DNA of 42,404 nt from Candidatus Bipolaricaulota bacterium (GCA_030612175.1 JAUWOJ010000002.1:1-42404); one strand, 5' to 3'; shown: positions 9,435 to 20,789, counted from the stretch's first letter. A program made the numbers and translations. The notes: generated by a model from the letters alone, not told the origin.

Positions 9435-10333
9435 TTCGTACCAGCCAGCGCATAATGGTTGTGGATTGCTGTTAGACAAGTAAGTGCTTCATTTGCAAAT
9501 GACTGCTGTGAGCGGTCACCGTAACGAACCAGCTCAAAGATTGAGGTGAGCCGGTCAATATGGATGTCTTTCATTCCACGTGAACGCAGAAGCCCAGAGA
9601 ACTCCCGCGCAGTAAGATAAGCCAAATTGCGAACACCTTCTTTCGGGCTCAGGATCCTGATCATCTCTTTATAGGAGTTAAGAACTACTTCATATGGATC
9701 GTTACCGGCCTGGATTTGCTTCAGCGCATTGTTCGCCTGTTCGGCAAGCTCTTCGAGCAAGCCCCTATTGTGATCTGCGCGAGCCCTAATTCTGGGCAAG
9801 ATCTTGAGAGCGACCGCGATGATTATAGCAGTGATTGCTAGTCCTACACCGAGTGCCAACAGAATTACCAACCAAGTTGGGGCGCTAGCCTCGGGTATAT
9901 CTGGTGTTGGTAATGGCTGTGAATCCTGCGGCTCTCCCAGAAACATGGCGCTATCCATTGGCCCCATTTGCGGGGGTTCGCCCTCGACCGGGGTGATGAA
10001 AGATGTTAAGCCCAGGAATAGAGCAAAGATGATTGCCGTGACAATAAGTTGCCATCGGAATCGAGGCGAGATGACACTGAATACAACCATCACGGCCAGG
10101 GCAATGATGATCAAGACACGAATTGTAGTTTGAAGCGCCTTTTTCCCTGTTCCGCGGTCCGCGGTGTAGGTTCCTTCGTCTGTCTCTTCCGGAAGGTCGG
10201 CAAATGGGTTTGGCAAGGCTTCCCCCGGAAGGAGCTCTAGCTGATCCAATCCCCCAATCAATACAGACAAGACCGCAAACAGAGCAACAACACAGACAAT
10301 GAACGGGATATACCTGCGTGGTCTCGGTTGCAC
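9431..10333 (-). CDS. DUF4129-domain membrane protein
   Basis: The C-terminal block LTAREFSGLLRSRGMKDIHIDRLTSIFELVRYGDRSQQSF matches the DUF4129 pattern, and several TM helices are present. The start is ambiguous. GTG 10333 (SD-like GAAGGGG 5 nt upstream, TAGTG overlap with the aspS stop) is preferred over ATG 10411, which has no SD and a 79-nt overlap with aspS. Confidence 0.7.
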   Translation of the reverse strand: MQPRPRRYIPFIVCVVALFAVLSVLIGGLDQLELLPGEALPNPFADLPEETDEGTYTADRGTGKKALQTTIRVLIIIALAVMVVFSVISPRFRWQLIVTAIIFALFLGLTSFITPVEGEPPQMGPMDSAMFLGEPQDSQPLPTPDIPEASAPTWLVILLALGVGLAITAIIIAVALKILPRIRARADHNRGLLEELAEQANNALKQIQAGNDPYEVVLNSYKEMIRILSPKEGVRNLAYLTAREFSGLLRSRGMKDIHIDRLTSIFELVRYGDRSQQSFANEALTCLTAIHNHYALAGTK

Positions 10334-12081
10334 TACAGCCCCTTCACGTCCAGTCTCAGTTCTTCTAGCTGGGTAGACGTGACCGGCATCGGAGATTCTG
10401 TGAGCGGACATAAACCGGTAGTGGTCTTTGGAAATGCTATGACGTCCCGCAGTGAGTGCTCCTGGGCCATGAGCATCACCAATCGGTCAAGCCCCAGTGC
10501 AAATCCGCCATGTGGTGGCGCGCCATACTCTAGCGCGTGTAGGAAGAAACCAAACCGACTCTGCGCTTCCTCCGGCGAGATGTTTAGCAGCCGGAAGATT
10601 GTTTCCTGAACAGGACGTGAGTGGATCCTGATACTTCCACTTCCCAGCTCGGTTCCGTTAAGTACTAAATCATAGGCATTTGACAAGACTGAAAGCGGGT
10701 CGTGTTCAAGCTTTGTCTCGTCTTTCTTTCGAGGAGAAGTAAATGGATGATGCTCGCTCGTCAGGTTTCCTGTTTCGTCGACACCAAACAAGGGGAAATC
10801 AGTGATCCAGAGGAATTTCCATTCCTTGTTCCCCGCAAGCTTCTCGCGCCGCGCTATCTCTGAACGCAACACGCCCAGGGCTGGCTCTATGTTAGTTCCC
10901 GCGAGGATGAGAAGGAGGTCTCCTTGCTTAGCTGAGAACTTGGCAGCGATCGATGCGATCTCTTCGGAAGATAGGAACTTGGAGAGAGGAGAAGTCACCT
11001 GTTCTTCTAGCTTTATCCACAGCAATCCCTTTGCGCCTGCGTTTAGAGCAACTTCCTTTAGAGAATCGATTGCCGACCGAGAGTAGCCTGCACAACCAGT
11101 GGCGTTTATCCCAGCGATCCTTCCACCAGAAGTAATAGCTGTAGTGAAGATACGAAAAGTACTTCCACGTACAGTGTCGGAAATGTCTTGGATCTCCATA
11201 CCGAAGCGCAAGTCAGGTTTATCCGATCCATAGCGTGCTAGCGCTTCTCGATGAGCAAGGCGAGCGAATGGAGTATGAAGTTCAATGGCCAGCTCCTTTC
11301 TAAATAGCTCAACCAGAACTCCTTCCAACAGGTCAAGGATCTCTTCCCTGCCATGTGGAAAGGATATCTCGAGGTCAAGCTGGGTGAATTCAGGCTGTCT
11401 GTCGGCGCGCAGGTCCTCATCGCGGAAGCATTTAACAATCTGGAAGTAGCGATCGATTCCACCAATCATGAGCAGTTGCTTAAATAGCTGTGGTGATTGA
11501 GGAAGGGCATAAAAACTTCCTGGGACAATCCGGCTAGGAACAAGGAAATCGCGTGCTCCTTCAGGTGTTGATTTCGTAAGTACTGGGGTTTCGATCTCCA
11601 AAAAATGCTTAGCGGAGAAATAGTCACGAATTCCCTTGAAGAGTCTGTGTCGTAAGGCAAGGTTGTCGTGCATACGTCTGCGGCGCAAGTCAATATAGCG
11701 GAAGCGCATGCGTGTCTCTTCAGTTGTATCTGAGCCATCACCTTCAATGAGAAATGGAGGAGTAAGTGACCTGTTGAGTATCTCTATTTCCTCTACTCTC
11801 ACTTCGATCTTACCAGTGATCATGTCCGGGTTGACATTCTTCGCGGTACGAGGACAGACTATTCCGGTCACCGAAATAACGTCTTCCCGACTAACTGCAT
11901 ATCCGCTCGCCAGCGTGTTCTCTCCAAGCGGAAAAAGCAGCTGGATTACTCCCGAGCTGTCACGGAGATCAACAAAACTGACTCCTCCTAGGTTGCGGCT
12001 GCGTTTCACCCAACCGCACAGGGTTACACGTCGTGACAGATCTTTCAAGGAAAGCTCGGTACAATAGCTGTTTCGATTCAC
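10333..12081 (-). CDS. aspS: aspartyl-tRNA synthetase
   Basis: Class II AspRS pattern ([27 protein letters not shown]; [18 protein letters not shown]; GGFALGLDR). GTG 12081 lies 6 nt after AAAGGAG and gives the usual N-terminus ([10 protein letters not shown]). The 75-codon upstream extension in the track has no support. Confidence 0.95.
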   Translation of the reverse strand: MNRNSYCTELSLKDLSRRVTLCGWVKRSRNLGGVSFVDLRDSSGVIQLLFPLGENTLASGYAVSREDVISVTGIVCPRTAKNVNPDMITGKIEVRVEEIEILNRSLTPPFLIEGDGSDTTEETRMRFRYIDLRRRRMHDNLALRHRLFKGIRDYFSAKHFLEIETPVLTKSTPEGARDFLVPSRIVPGSFYALPQSPQLFKQLLMIGGIDRYFQIVKCFRDEDLRADRQPEFTQLDLEISFPHGREEILDLLEGVLVELFRKELAIELHTPFARLAHREALARYGSDKPDLRFGMEIQDISDTVRGSTFRIFTTAITSGGRIAGINATGCAGYSRSAIDSLKEVALNAGAKGLLWIKLEEQVTSPLSKFLSSEEIASIAAKFSAKQGDLLLILAGTNIEPALGVLRSEIARREKLAGNKEWKFLWITDFPLFGVDETGNLTSEHHPFTSPRKKDETKLEHDPLSVLSNAYDLVLNGTELGSGSIRIHSRPVQETIFRLLNISPEEAQSRFGFFLHALEYGAPPHGGFALGLDRLVMLMAQEHSLRDVIAFPKTTTGLCPLTESPMPVTSTQLEELRLDVKGL

Positions 12082-12122
12082 GCCAAACTCCTTTGACTTC
12101 TCTGCTTGATTGCCACTTAGGT

Positions 12123-12150
12123 TATTATAGAGCAATACATTGGGCACGCA
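12123..12150 (-). promoter_or_regulatory. putative promoter for aspS (TTGCGT-N16-TATAAT)
   Basis: On the minus strand, TTGCGT is at 12150-12145 and TATAAT at 12128-12123, about 40 nt upstream of the aspS GTG. Confidence 0.45.
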
Positions 12151-12211
12151 ACGAAAGAGTGGCAGACTAGTGTCAACTGTAGTATTCGATGGAAAGAATC
12201 TTGGAAGAACC

Positions 12212-13246
12212 TCAGGTTGCGCCGCCGTTGAGGACACCCTTGAATAGTTTTCGATCGAGCGGTGTTTGCCAACCGGTGAAATCCCCTGGCTCTGTGTCAT
12301 TGGCAACGTGCATCCGTACCATGTTCAGCTTTGCTGAAAGGTTGTCAAAAAGATACACAGCAATGGCTTCACCTGTTTTGGGAACAATAGCTGACCCAAA
12401 TTCAAGCTCTCCGTGATGAGAGATGACGATGTGTTCCAAGAGCTGTGGAAGACGGTCATCCGGCCAATCGATTGCCTTAGCTTCTTCGCGAATCATGTCA
12501 CGCCCAAGAAGCAAGTGTCCAATCAATTGACCCCCAAAGCTATGCCGAGGAGCGATTGGGTTCTCCAGTTCCTTAATTTTCCCGATGTCATGCAAGATAG
12601 CGCCGGCAATTGCCATCCCTCGGTCAAGAAATGGGTAGTTCTTAGTCGAATGTGCTACACCCACCGCAACTTCCAAGCTATGCTCAAGGAGACCGCCGAT
12701 GTAGGCGTGGTGATAACGAATTGCGGCAGGGACTTCCTTGAATTCCTTCTCATTTGCTGACAACAAGTTCGTTGTGAGTTTGCGTAGCATAGGCGGCTCG
12801 ATACTTTCGGCAAGCTTCTGGATCTCGCCCCACATCTTGTCTATGCTGCGCTCACTTTTGGGAATAAGAAGTCCGGGATCAAAGCCAGAAAGCTTCCCAA
12901 ACTTTGCTTCATGTGTTTCTAGTTGTCGGATCGACTCAACTATCACCTGCAGCGCGCTACGGTAGGTTTCGGTCCGCCCTTCAACATAGACAAAATCTCC
13001 TTCAGCAAAGCCTGAGGCAAAGCGCTGTGTTGCACCGGCCCACGCACGGGCAGCAACAGATCCTGTATGATCGGCTAGTAGAATCTCTAGATAAGCGTCA
13101 CCACCGCGTGTTACGCGCTGTGTCTTCTGTTTTACTAGAAAACATTGCGAAACATTCTGCCCCTCTTTCATGTCCCTAATCGGGATATGTGATAATGAAT
13201 AAGGAACCCCTGTGCGTATATGATTAGCGAATTCTCTGCTGGACAC
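12212..13246 (-). CDS. YhaM-like 3'-5' exoribonuclease (OB-fold + HD domain)
   Basis: An N-terminal OB-fold ([35 protein letters not shown]) is followed by an HD domain ([15 protein letters not shown]...ILHDIGK). GTG 13246 lies 5 nt after AAGGAGG; the track start at GTG 13270 has no SD. Confidence 0.85.
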   Translation of the reverse strand: MSSREFANHIRTGVPYSLSHIPIRDMKEGQNVSQCFLVKQKTQRVTRGGDAYLEILLADHTGSVAARAWAGATQRFASGFAEGDFVYVEGRTETYRSALQVIVESIRQLETHEAKFGKLSGFDPGLLIPKSERSIDKMWGEIQKLAESIEPPMLRKLTTNLLSANEKEFKEVPAAIRYHHAYIGGLLEHSLEVAVGVAHSTKNYPFLDRGMAIAGAILHDIGKIKELENPIAPRHSFGGQLIGHLLLGRDMIREEAKAIDWPDDRLPQLLEHIVISHHGELEFGSAIVPKTGEAIAVYLFDNLSAKLNMVRMHVANDTEPGDFTGWQTPLDRKLFKGVLNGGAT

Positions 13247-13422
13247 CAATGCCTCCTTCAATGTCAACACTTAATAGTAGTGTAAAGTAGAAGAAATGAA
13301 AATCAAGTAGTTTCTTAGAGAGTCGGTGATTGTCCTTCATGTACTGTTATGGCCGGGAACCTATTACTAGAGCGAGAAGCACACAGAGGGATCTTGAAAT
13401 CATTCTATCGCATTCAAAAGTC

Positions 13423-13446
13423 ACGAGCAATCAATTGATTGCTCGT
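13423..13446. promoter_or_regulatory. 24-bp perfect palindrome ACGAGCAATCAA/TTGATTGCTCGT (candidate operator)
   Basis: Read directly from the sequence: 12-bp arms with no spacer. It overlaps the -35 hexamer of the M42-peptidase promoter in the divergent intergenic region. Confidence 0.5.
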
Positions 13447-13462
13447 TTACTGTCTGTATAAT
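13435..13462 (+). promoter_or_regulatory. promoter for the M42 peptidase/amidohydrolase pair (TTGATT-N16-TATAAT)
   Basis: TTGATT at 13435-13440 and TATAAT at 13457-13462, 28 nt upstream of the ATG, followed by a GGAGG SD. Confidence 0.55.
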
Positions 13463-13490
13463 TGTCCTATAAGACAAGAAGGAGGAAGTA

Positions 13491-14522
13491 ATGGAGCTAC
13501 TTAAACAACTGAGCGAAGCCTCAGGTATTCCAGGGCACGAAGAGGAAATTCGTCGTATTCTCACTGACGCATTACGTGAGCACGTAGACAGTATCACCAC
13601 CGATTCTCTGGGAAATCTGATAGCTCATATCGAAGGAAGCGGGCCCACGGTGGCAATTGCTGCACATATGGACGAGATTGGCTTTATGATTAGCTTCATT
13701 GAAGCAAAAACAGGTTTTCTACGGATCCATCCTTTAGGAGGGTTCGATCCAAGAACACTTATCGCTCAACGAGTCGTTGTTCACACTGCGACAAAGGACT
13801 TGATTGGGTGCATCGGAAGCAGGCCAATTCATGTTATGACTGAGGAAGAGCGTAAGAAGCCAGTCGAACTGAAGGATATGTTTGTCGATCTCGGCCTACC
13901 TGCGGATGAGGTGAAACAACTTGTGGCAATCGGTGACCCAGTTACTTTAAGGCAAGACTTCCTTGTTGGGCCAACTACCATTTCAGGAAAGGCACTGGAT
14001 GACCGCAGCGGGTTATACATTGCAGTCGAAGCGGTGAAACGAGCTAAAAAGATCGCCTGCGATCTATACGTTATCGGCACAACACAGGAAGAGGTTGGGC
14101 TACGCGGAGCACGAGTGGCCGGATTTGCGGTGCATCCTCAAATTGCCATCGCGCTTGACATAACAGTTGCCGTAGATACTCCAGGCACTCCCGACGAGCA
14201 GCGGATTACCGAGCTAGGTAAGGGAGTGGCGATAAAGCTGAGTGATTCGAGCTCTATTTCACACCCTAAGCTGGTGCAAGCGATGCGGGAAATTGCAGAA
14301 AAGGAGAAAATTCCCTATCAAATGGAGATTCTCCCTCGCGGAGGTACTGATGCCGGCACACTACAGCAAGCAAGGGAGGGAGCAGCTGTAATTACATTGT
14401 CTCTGCCAAGCAGATACGTTCACTCAGTAGTGGAGATGGCACACCGCAAAGACCTGGAAGCTGCCATTAACCTTCTAGCTGCTTTCCTAGAGACCGCGGC
14501 AAGCATTGACTTGACGTTGTGA
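13491..14522 (+). CDS. M42-family aminopeptidase (FrvX/CelM/PepA-like)
   Basis: 343 aa. Matches the M42 pattern (LLKQLSEASGIPGHEEEIRRIL, AAHMDEIGFMI, GKALDDRSG, QEEVGLRGA). Confidence 0.92.
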   Translation: MELLKQLSEASGIPGHEEEIRRILTDALREHVDSITTDSLGNLIAHIEGSGPTVAIAAHMDEIGFMISFIEAKTGFLRIHPLGGFDPRTLIAQRVVVHTATKDLIGCIGSRPIHVMTEEERKKPVELKDMFVDLGLPADEVKQLVAIGDPVTLRQDFLVGPTTISGKALDDRSGLYIAVEAVKRAKKIACDLYVIGTTQEEVGLRGARVAGFAVHPQIAIALDITVAVDTPGTPDEQRITELGKGVAIKLSDSSSISHPKLVQAMREIAEKEKIPYQMEILPRGGTDAGTLQQAREGAAVITLSLPSRYVHSVVEMAHRKDLEAAINLLAAFLETAASIDLTL

Positions 14523-15889
14523 CAAGAGCAAGAAGAATCCTCTTCGCAAACTTCGATGTTGTTGTCACGATGGATGACACAAGACGCGAGATCCCTCAAG
14601 GATATATACTTGTAGAAGGCAACAAGATCAAAGCAGTAGGCGCAAATGCAAGTGGAATTGTGGCCGACGAGGTAATCGATGGAGCCGGGAAGCTTCTCTT
14701 GCCTGGCTTCGTTAACACGCACCATCATCTGTACCAAACACTATTCCGCAGCATACCCGGTGCGGCTTACAGCGGGCTCTTTGATTGGCTTAGTTTCTTA
14801 TATGAGAAATGGAAGAGAATCGATGAAGAAGCTGTTTGCACCAGCGCGATCATTGGCTGTTGTGAGCTCCTCCTCTCCGGAGCAACAACCACATCTGATC
14901 ATTTCTACATTTTTCCACACAGACACGAGAGAATCTTTGATGCGCTTATTAAGGGAGGGCAGAAGAGCGGGATTCGTTTCCATCCTTGCCGGGGGTCAAT
15001 GTCACTATCGGAAAAGGATGGTGGTCTTCCTCCAGCAAGCGTAGTTCAGAGACAGGATGAGATACTGAGTGACAGCCAGCGGGTCATTGAATGCTATCAT
15101 GATCCCAGTCCCTTTTCCATGCTTAGGGTGGCGCTTGCTCCTTGCTCGCCGTTTTCCGTTACTCAAGATCTAATGCGTGAGACGACAAGACTTGCAGATG
15201 AATACGATGTACTGCTACATACCCACCTTGCTGAGACAGCAGATGAAGAACGCTTCTGCGTAGAAAGATGTGGATCTCGTCCTATTGACTTAATGGAGGA
15301 GCTTGGATGGCTACGGGACAACGTCTGGTTTGCTCATCTTGTTCATCTGAGCCAATCAGACATAGACAAGCTTGGTAAGGCGCAAGTTGGAATGTCGTAT
15401 TGTCCGAGTTCAAATATGCTCCTTGGTTCAGGGATTTCTCCAATTGGAGAGTTGGATAATGCTGGTGTGGAAATCAGTATTGGCGTAGATGGCTCAGCGA
15501 GCAACGACACTTCAAACATGATTCGCGAGGTGCGACAGGCAATGCTGCTGCAGCGGGTTCAGTATGGGGTTGGCGCTTGTAGCGCACGCGATGCACTACA
15601 TATGGCGACGATTGGAGGAGCAACGGTTCTTCATCGCGATCAGGAGATCGGTTCCCTTGAAGTTGGAAAAGCTGCCGACTTGATTACTTTCGACCTTTCC
15701 GGGATCGGATTTGCCGGAGCGCATTCCGATCCAGTGGCCGCGATTGTGCACTGTGGCGCCAACCATGTAGATCTATCAATGGTCAACGGGGAGATCAAAG
15801 TACGAGGCGGTCGCCTGGTCAATGAGGAACTATACGGGCTCATCCCGCGTCACAATGAGCTTTCCAAAGAACTCATGGATGGTGGTTAG
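14519..15889 (+). CDS. amidohydrolase-superfamily deaminase (8-oxoguanine deaminase / SsnA / MtaD-like)
   Basis: 456 aa. Metal-binding FVNTHHHLYQTL motif, plus HTHLAET and the later GVDGSASND. The GTG start overlaps the upstream stop (GTGA at 14519-14522). Confidence 0.88.
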   Translation: MTRARRILFANFDVVVTMDDTRREIPQGYILVEGNKIKAVGANASGIVADEVIDGAGKLLLPGFVNTHHHLYQTLFRSIPGAAYSGLFDWLSFLYEKWKRIDEEAVCTSAIIGCCELLLSGATTTSDHFYIFPHRHERIFDALIKGGQKSGIRFHPCRGSMSLSEKDGGLPPASVVQRQDEILSDSQRVIECYHDPSPFSMLRVALAPCSPFSVTQDLMRETTRLADEYDVLLHTHLAETADEERFCVERCGSRPIDLMEELGWLRDNVWFAHLVHLSQSDIDKLGKAQVGMSYCPSSNMLLGSGISPIGELDNAGVEISIGVDGSASNDTSNMIREVRQAMLLQRVQYGVGACSARDALHMATIGGATVLHRDQEIGSLEVGKAADLITFDLSGIGFAGAHSDPVAAIVHCGANHVDLSMVNGEIKVRGGRLVNEELYGLIPRHNELSKELMDGG

Positions 15890-15910
15890 TCTGGGAGAAA
15901 CAAAAAGGGG

Positions 15911-15942
15911 AAGGGAGAGACTTTATCGCATGTCTCTCCCTT
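15911..15942 (+). terminator. strong stem-loop downstream of the deaminase gene (putative intrinsic terminator with a weak U-tract)
   Basis: AAGGGAGAGAC (15911-15921), a 10-nt loop, then GTCTCTCCCTT (15932-15942) form an 11-bp perfect stem 22 nt after the stop. No long T-run follows. Confidence 0.45.
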
Positions 15943-16244
15943 GCGGTGTAGCAGGCTAGCTGTAAGGAGGCAACGTAAGAAAGTGATCTCATTGTTGCCT
16001 TATAGGACAAAGCATAGCAACAGACTTTGTGGCATTTATGAGCAGCTTATGAGGATTTCGTGACGTTTTATTTGAATCGATCTGCTGGGAGAGTAGTCGG
16101 AGCTGGCCCGTGATGGTAGCGTTCTGTGAGGAGGCTGGAGACCAGTAACGTGGGATTCTGTTTGCGAATCCCGGGGTGATCAGCCAGAGAAATCTTCTGG
16201 GAACCATAGACCCATAGTAATAAAGGTTTACCAAGGAGGAATTC

Positions 16245-18398
16245 ATGCAAACTTCTGCAGGGTTTTCTGTGATCGCCGAGATGTCATACGAAGTCAGAGA
16301 ATTACACCACGGCTACTCCAACCGGATGCTATACATAAACATTGGTACCGGCAAGATCGAGTCCCGACCTGTAAGTCAGATGATGAAAGAGAAGTTCGTT
16401 GGCGGTCGGGGATTTGGATTGTGGCAATTGTGGAACGCAGTAACAAAAGCGACAAAATGGGATGACCAGGAGAACGAGATCATAATTGGAGCTGGCCCTA
16501 TCGGCGGAATCACAACATACCCTGGAGCAGGTAAGTCACTTGTTGTCAGTCTATCTCCCACAACCGGGAGCGTGGTTGACTCTAACGTTGGCGGCTACTT
16601 CGGACCATATCTCACGTTTTCGGGCTGGGACTTACTAGAGATTCAGGGGAAGGCTAACAGGGACGTGATTGTGTTTATCGATGGAGATACAGGGACAGTC
16701 CAGTTGCTGGAGAGTTCGGAAGAAGACCTAAACACACACGTGCTATCGGAGAGGCTAACACATGCCTTTTCTTCCTCTGACAAACCACACGATCTGGCTG
16801 CTATTTCTACTGTCTCCGCAGGAGTGGGCGCCGAGCATACCCGTATTGGTTGCCTAAATTTCAGCTTCTTTGACCTAAAGCGAAAAACTCCTCGCGTTAA
16901 GCAAGCTGGTCGGGGGGGAATTGGAAGCGTTTTCCGCAACAAGAAGATTGCTGCTGTGGTAGTTAAGAAATCAGTGATCGGTGCTGATCCCAAGGGTGCC
17001 AATGATCTAGCTCGAGTTAGAGCGGCCGGCAAACAGATCAACAAGGAAATCTCTGAGCTTGATTCCGCGCAGAATGACATGCGTCGTATAGGAACCAGTC
17101 ATCTGGTGGAAATCATGAATGAGTATGACATACTCCCAACGCATAACTACAAGTTTGGCTCTCACCCTCAGGCGGATAATCTCTCCTCCTCAGTATGGCG
17201 CCAGCGATTTTCTCAAGGGATGCCCGATGGCTGCTGGATTGGGTGCCAGATGGCCTGCTCCCATGCAGTAGATGATTTCACTCTGAGGACCGGGCCGTAC
17301 AAGGGAGATACTATCGTTGTGGATGGCCCAGAATATGAAACAGTTGGCGGAAGTTCCAACATGGGAATCTATGATCCTGAATTTGTCCTGGAGATGAATT
17401 TTTACTGTGATACCTATGGCCTGGACACGATTTCCTATACTACAGGAATGGCGTTTGTCATGGAGTGTTACGAAGCTGGTATCCTGGATAAGGAACGAAC
17501 AGGTGGACTTGATCTTCACTTTGGCAACAGTGATGCCGCGCTCGAAGTGCTCCATCAGATGGCGCGCGGAGAGGGATTTGGCGTAACTGTCGGGCAAGGG
17601 ATTCGACAGATGAAAGAGCGGTTCGTGAAAGCTTATGGCGCTTCACCCAAGTTCCTAAACGATATCGGAATGGAGTGCAAAGGGATGGAGTACTCAGAGT
17701 ATGTCACCAAGGAGTCGCTCGCAATGCAAGGAGGCTATGGCCTGGCGCTCAAAGGACCGCAGCACGACGAAGCCTGGTTGATTTTTATGGATATGGTCAA
17801 TAATCAGATCCCCACCTTTGAGGATAAAGCGGAGGCGCTGCATTATTTCCCGATGTGGCGTACGTGGTTTGGACTCGTGGGCTTATGTAAGCTACCCTGG
17901 AACGACATCGAACCGGCGGATAACCAGACTCGTCATAGCGGTATTGAGTCAGCAAAAGTTCCAGAACATGTGCGCAATTATTGCGAGCTTTTCTCTGGAA
18001 TCACCGGAACAGAGGTGACGCCCAGTGATCTCATCCTACAATCAGAACGAGTGTACAACTTTCAGCGCGTATTCAATCTGCGTATGGGCTATGGCCGCCG
18101 CGCTCAGGACATGATTCCTTATCGCTCCGCTGGTCCTGTTACGGAACAAGAATACGAATCCCGCAGTGACCGCTATGATGCTCAGCTCAGAGACAAGGTT
18201 GGCATCGATCCCGGCAGAATGACAATAGCCGAAAAAGTGCAGTCCTTACGTGCTTTCCGTGAGGACCAGTATCAGAAGCTTTGTGATGCGGCTTATGAGC
18301 GGCGGGGTTGGAGCAATGACGGCATACCTACAATTGACACCTTAAGACGGTTGGGGATTGATTTCCCTGATGTGATAAGACTTGTCGAGGCAGAGTAG
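16245..18398 (+). CDS. aldehyde:ferredoxin oxidoreductase family (tungstopterin enzyme), long form, 717 aa
   Basis: AOR N-domain pattern (GYSNRMLYINIGTGKIESRPV...FVGGRGFGLWQLW) and AGRGGIGSVFRNKKIAAVVV. Cys cluster DGCWIGCQMAC. AAGGAGG lies 5 nt upstream of the ATG. Confidence 0.92.
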   Translation: MQTSAGFSVIAEMSYEVRELHHGYSNRMLYINIGTGKIESRPVSQMMKEKFVGGRGFGLWQLWNAVTKATKWDDQENEIIIGAGPIGGITTYPGAGKSLVVSLSPTTGSVVDSNVGGYFGPYLTFSGWDLLEIQGKANRDVIVFIDGDTGTVQLLESSEEDLNTHVLSERLTHAFSSSDKPHDLAAISTVSAGVGAEHTRIGCLNFSFFDLKRKTPRVKQAGRGGIGSVFRNKKIAAVVVKKSVIGADPKGANDLARVRAAGKQINKEISELDSAQNDMRRIGTSHLVEIMNEYDILPTHNYKFGSHPQADNLSSSVWRQRFSQGMPDGCWIGCQMACSHAVDDFTLRTGPYKGDTIVVDGPEYETVGGSSNMGIYDPEFVLEMNFYCDTYGLDTISYTTGMAFVMECYEAGILDKERTGGLDLHFGNSDAALEVLHQMARGEGFGVTVGQGIRQMKERFVKAYGASPKFLNDIGMECKGMEYSEYVTKESLAMQGGYGLALKGPQHDEAWLIFMDMVNNQIPTFEDKAEALHYFPMWRTWFGLVGLCKLPWNDIEPADNQTRHSGIESAKVPEHVRNYCELFSGITGTEVTPSDLILQSERVYNFQRVFNLRMGYGRRAQDMIPYRSAGPVTEQEYESRSDRYDAQLRDKVGIDPGRMTIAEKVQSLRAFREDQYQKLCDAAYERRGWSNDGIPTIDTLRRLGIDFPDVIRLVEAE

Positions 18399-18447
18399 CA
18401 AGAGCAGCACATCTAAATGAGTCTCTACAAGAAGGCAAGTTAAATAG

Positions 18448-18525
18448 TTGATTGGTTGAATGGGAACAATGGTTCGTAGGGTTCATAGAGTTCGTTGGGT
18501 ACGTAGGGTTCATTGAGTTCATAGA
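18448..18525. repeat. tandem 9-bp repeat block (consensus GTTCRTWGR, 6 clean copies plus about 3 degenerate 8-9-bp copies)
   Basis: Clean copies: GTTCGTAGG GTTCATAGA GTTCGTTGG GTACGTAGG GTTCATTGA GTTCATAGA at 18472-18525. They are preceded by GTTGATTG GTTGAATGG GAACAATG. Confidence 0.85.
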
Positions 18526-18563
18526 ATTTTTTGTGTTGAGAAGCCAGTCGGGAGCCGAAAGAC

Positions 18564-18605
18564 AGTGATGAGTGACAAGTGATGAGTAATGGGTGAAAAG
18601 CGACA
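18564..18605. repeat. tandem 14-bp repeat block (AGTGATGAGTGACA / AGTGATGAGTAATG / GGTGAAAAGCGACA)
   Basis: Three head-to-tail 14-mers read directly from the sequence. The third copy is degenerate. Confidence 0.75.
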
Positions 18606-18613
18606 AAATCAGA

Positions 18614-18655
18614 ACTGAAAACTGACTACTGAAAACTGATAACTAAGTTGTATTT
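18614..18655. repeat. tandem 14-bp repeat block (ACTGAAAACTGACT / ACTGAAAACTGATA / ACTAAGTTGTATTT)
   Basis: Two near-identical 14-mers plus one degenerate copy. The period matches the preceding block but the sequence differs. Confidence 0.75.
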
Positions 18656-18718
18656 ACTTTAGGATAGATATCCGTTCCAGTTAGATTAGTGTTCGGAAAC
18701 GGTTTAATTCAGTGTTTT

Positions 18719-20649
<1,931 letters not shown>

Positions 20650-20789
20650 CACAATGTAGTGGTTATACGTAAGGCGCCTTACTGAAAGGGTAGTTGTTTT
20701 ACTAACCTCGTACGTAGCAATAAGATAAGTACGCCTCAAACAGTAGTTGATCGAAGAAATAGGAAGGGAATACGTCTTTAGTCCTGGAC

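Noticed and set aside
12082-12306. The 75-codon N-terminal extension of aspS in the ORF track. Similar extensions occur for metG (33415-33510), rplU (31570-31590), obg (30619-30636), gyrB (18748-18762) and the PKD protein (3019-3060).
   Set aside because: The extensions lack SD sequences, overlap upstream genes or promoters, and add residues absent from the conserved family N-termini. In most cases (obg excepted) the internal start has a well-spaced SD.
16081-16150. A possible Moco/tungsten-cofactor riboswitch upstream of the AOR gene (strings resembling CUCCGA and GCCUCC).
   Set aside because: Both strings occur only on the minus strand, antisense to the AOR gene, and in the reverse order to what I recall for the motif. 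No minus-strand gene lies downstream. This cannot be supported without a covariance-model scan.
15989-16250. Two overlapping minus-strand ORFs (85 and 60 aa) in the gap upstream of the AOR gene.
   Set aside because: They have no SD and no recognisable family. They overlap each other in different frames, and one reaches the AOR start codon. They are most likely chance ORFs.
18460-18516. A plus-strand mini-ORF, MGTMVRRVHRVRWVRRVH, encoded by the 9-bp repeats.
   Set aside because: There is no Shine-Dalgarno upstream (gttgattggttgaATG), and its arginine-rich periodicity is a by-product of the repeat. It is mentioned only as an unlikely possibility.
18328-18606. A 92-aa minus-strand ORF whose product contains NSMNSMNPTYPTNSMNPTNH repeats.
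   Set aside because: The periodicity is simply the 9-bp DNA tandem repeat read in frame. The ORF overlaps the 3' end of the AOR gene, has no SD, and sits in an otherwise non-coding spacer. It is treated as a DNA repeat, not a gene.
18448-18655. A CRISPR-like array.
   Set aside because: The repeats are 9-14 bp and directly head-to-tail with no spacers. No cas genes are in the window.
20669-20682. The 14-bp palindrome GTAAGGCGCCTTAC after gyrB, and the 26-nt hairpin CCAACG.TAAG....CTTA.CGTTGG at 31656-31681 after metG, as intrinsic terminators.
   Set aside because: Both can form hairpins, but neither is followed by a U-tract on the relevant strand. They are too weak to call as terminators and could equally be protein-binding sites.
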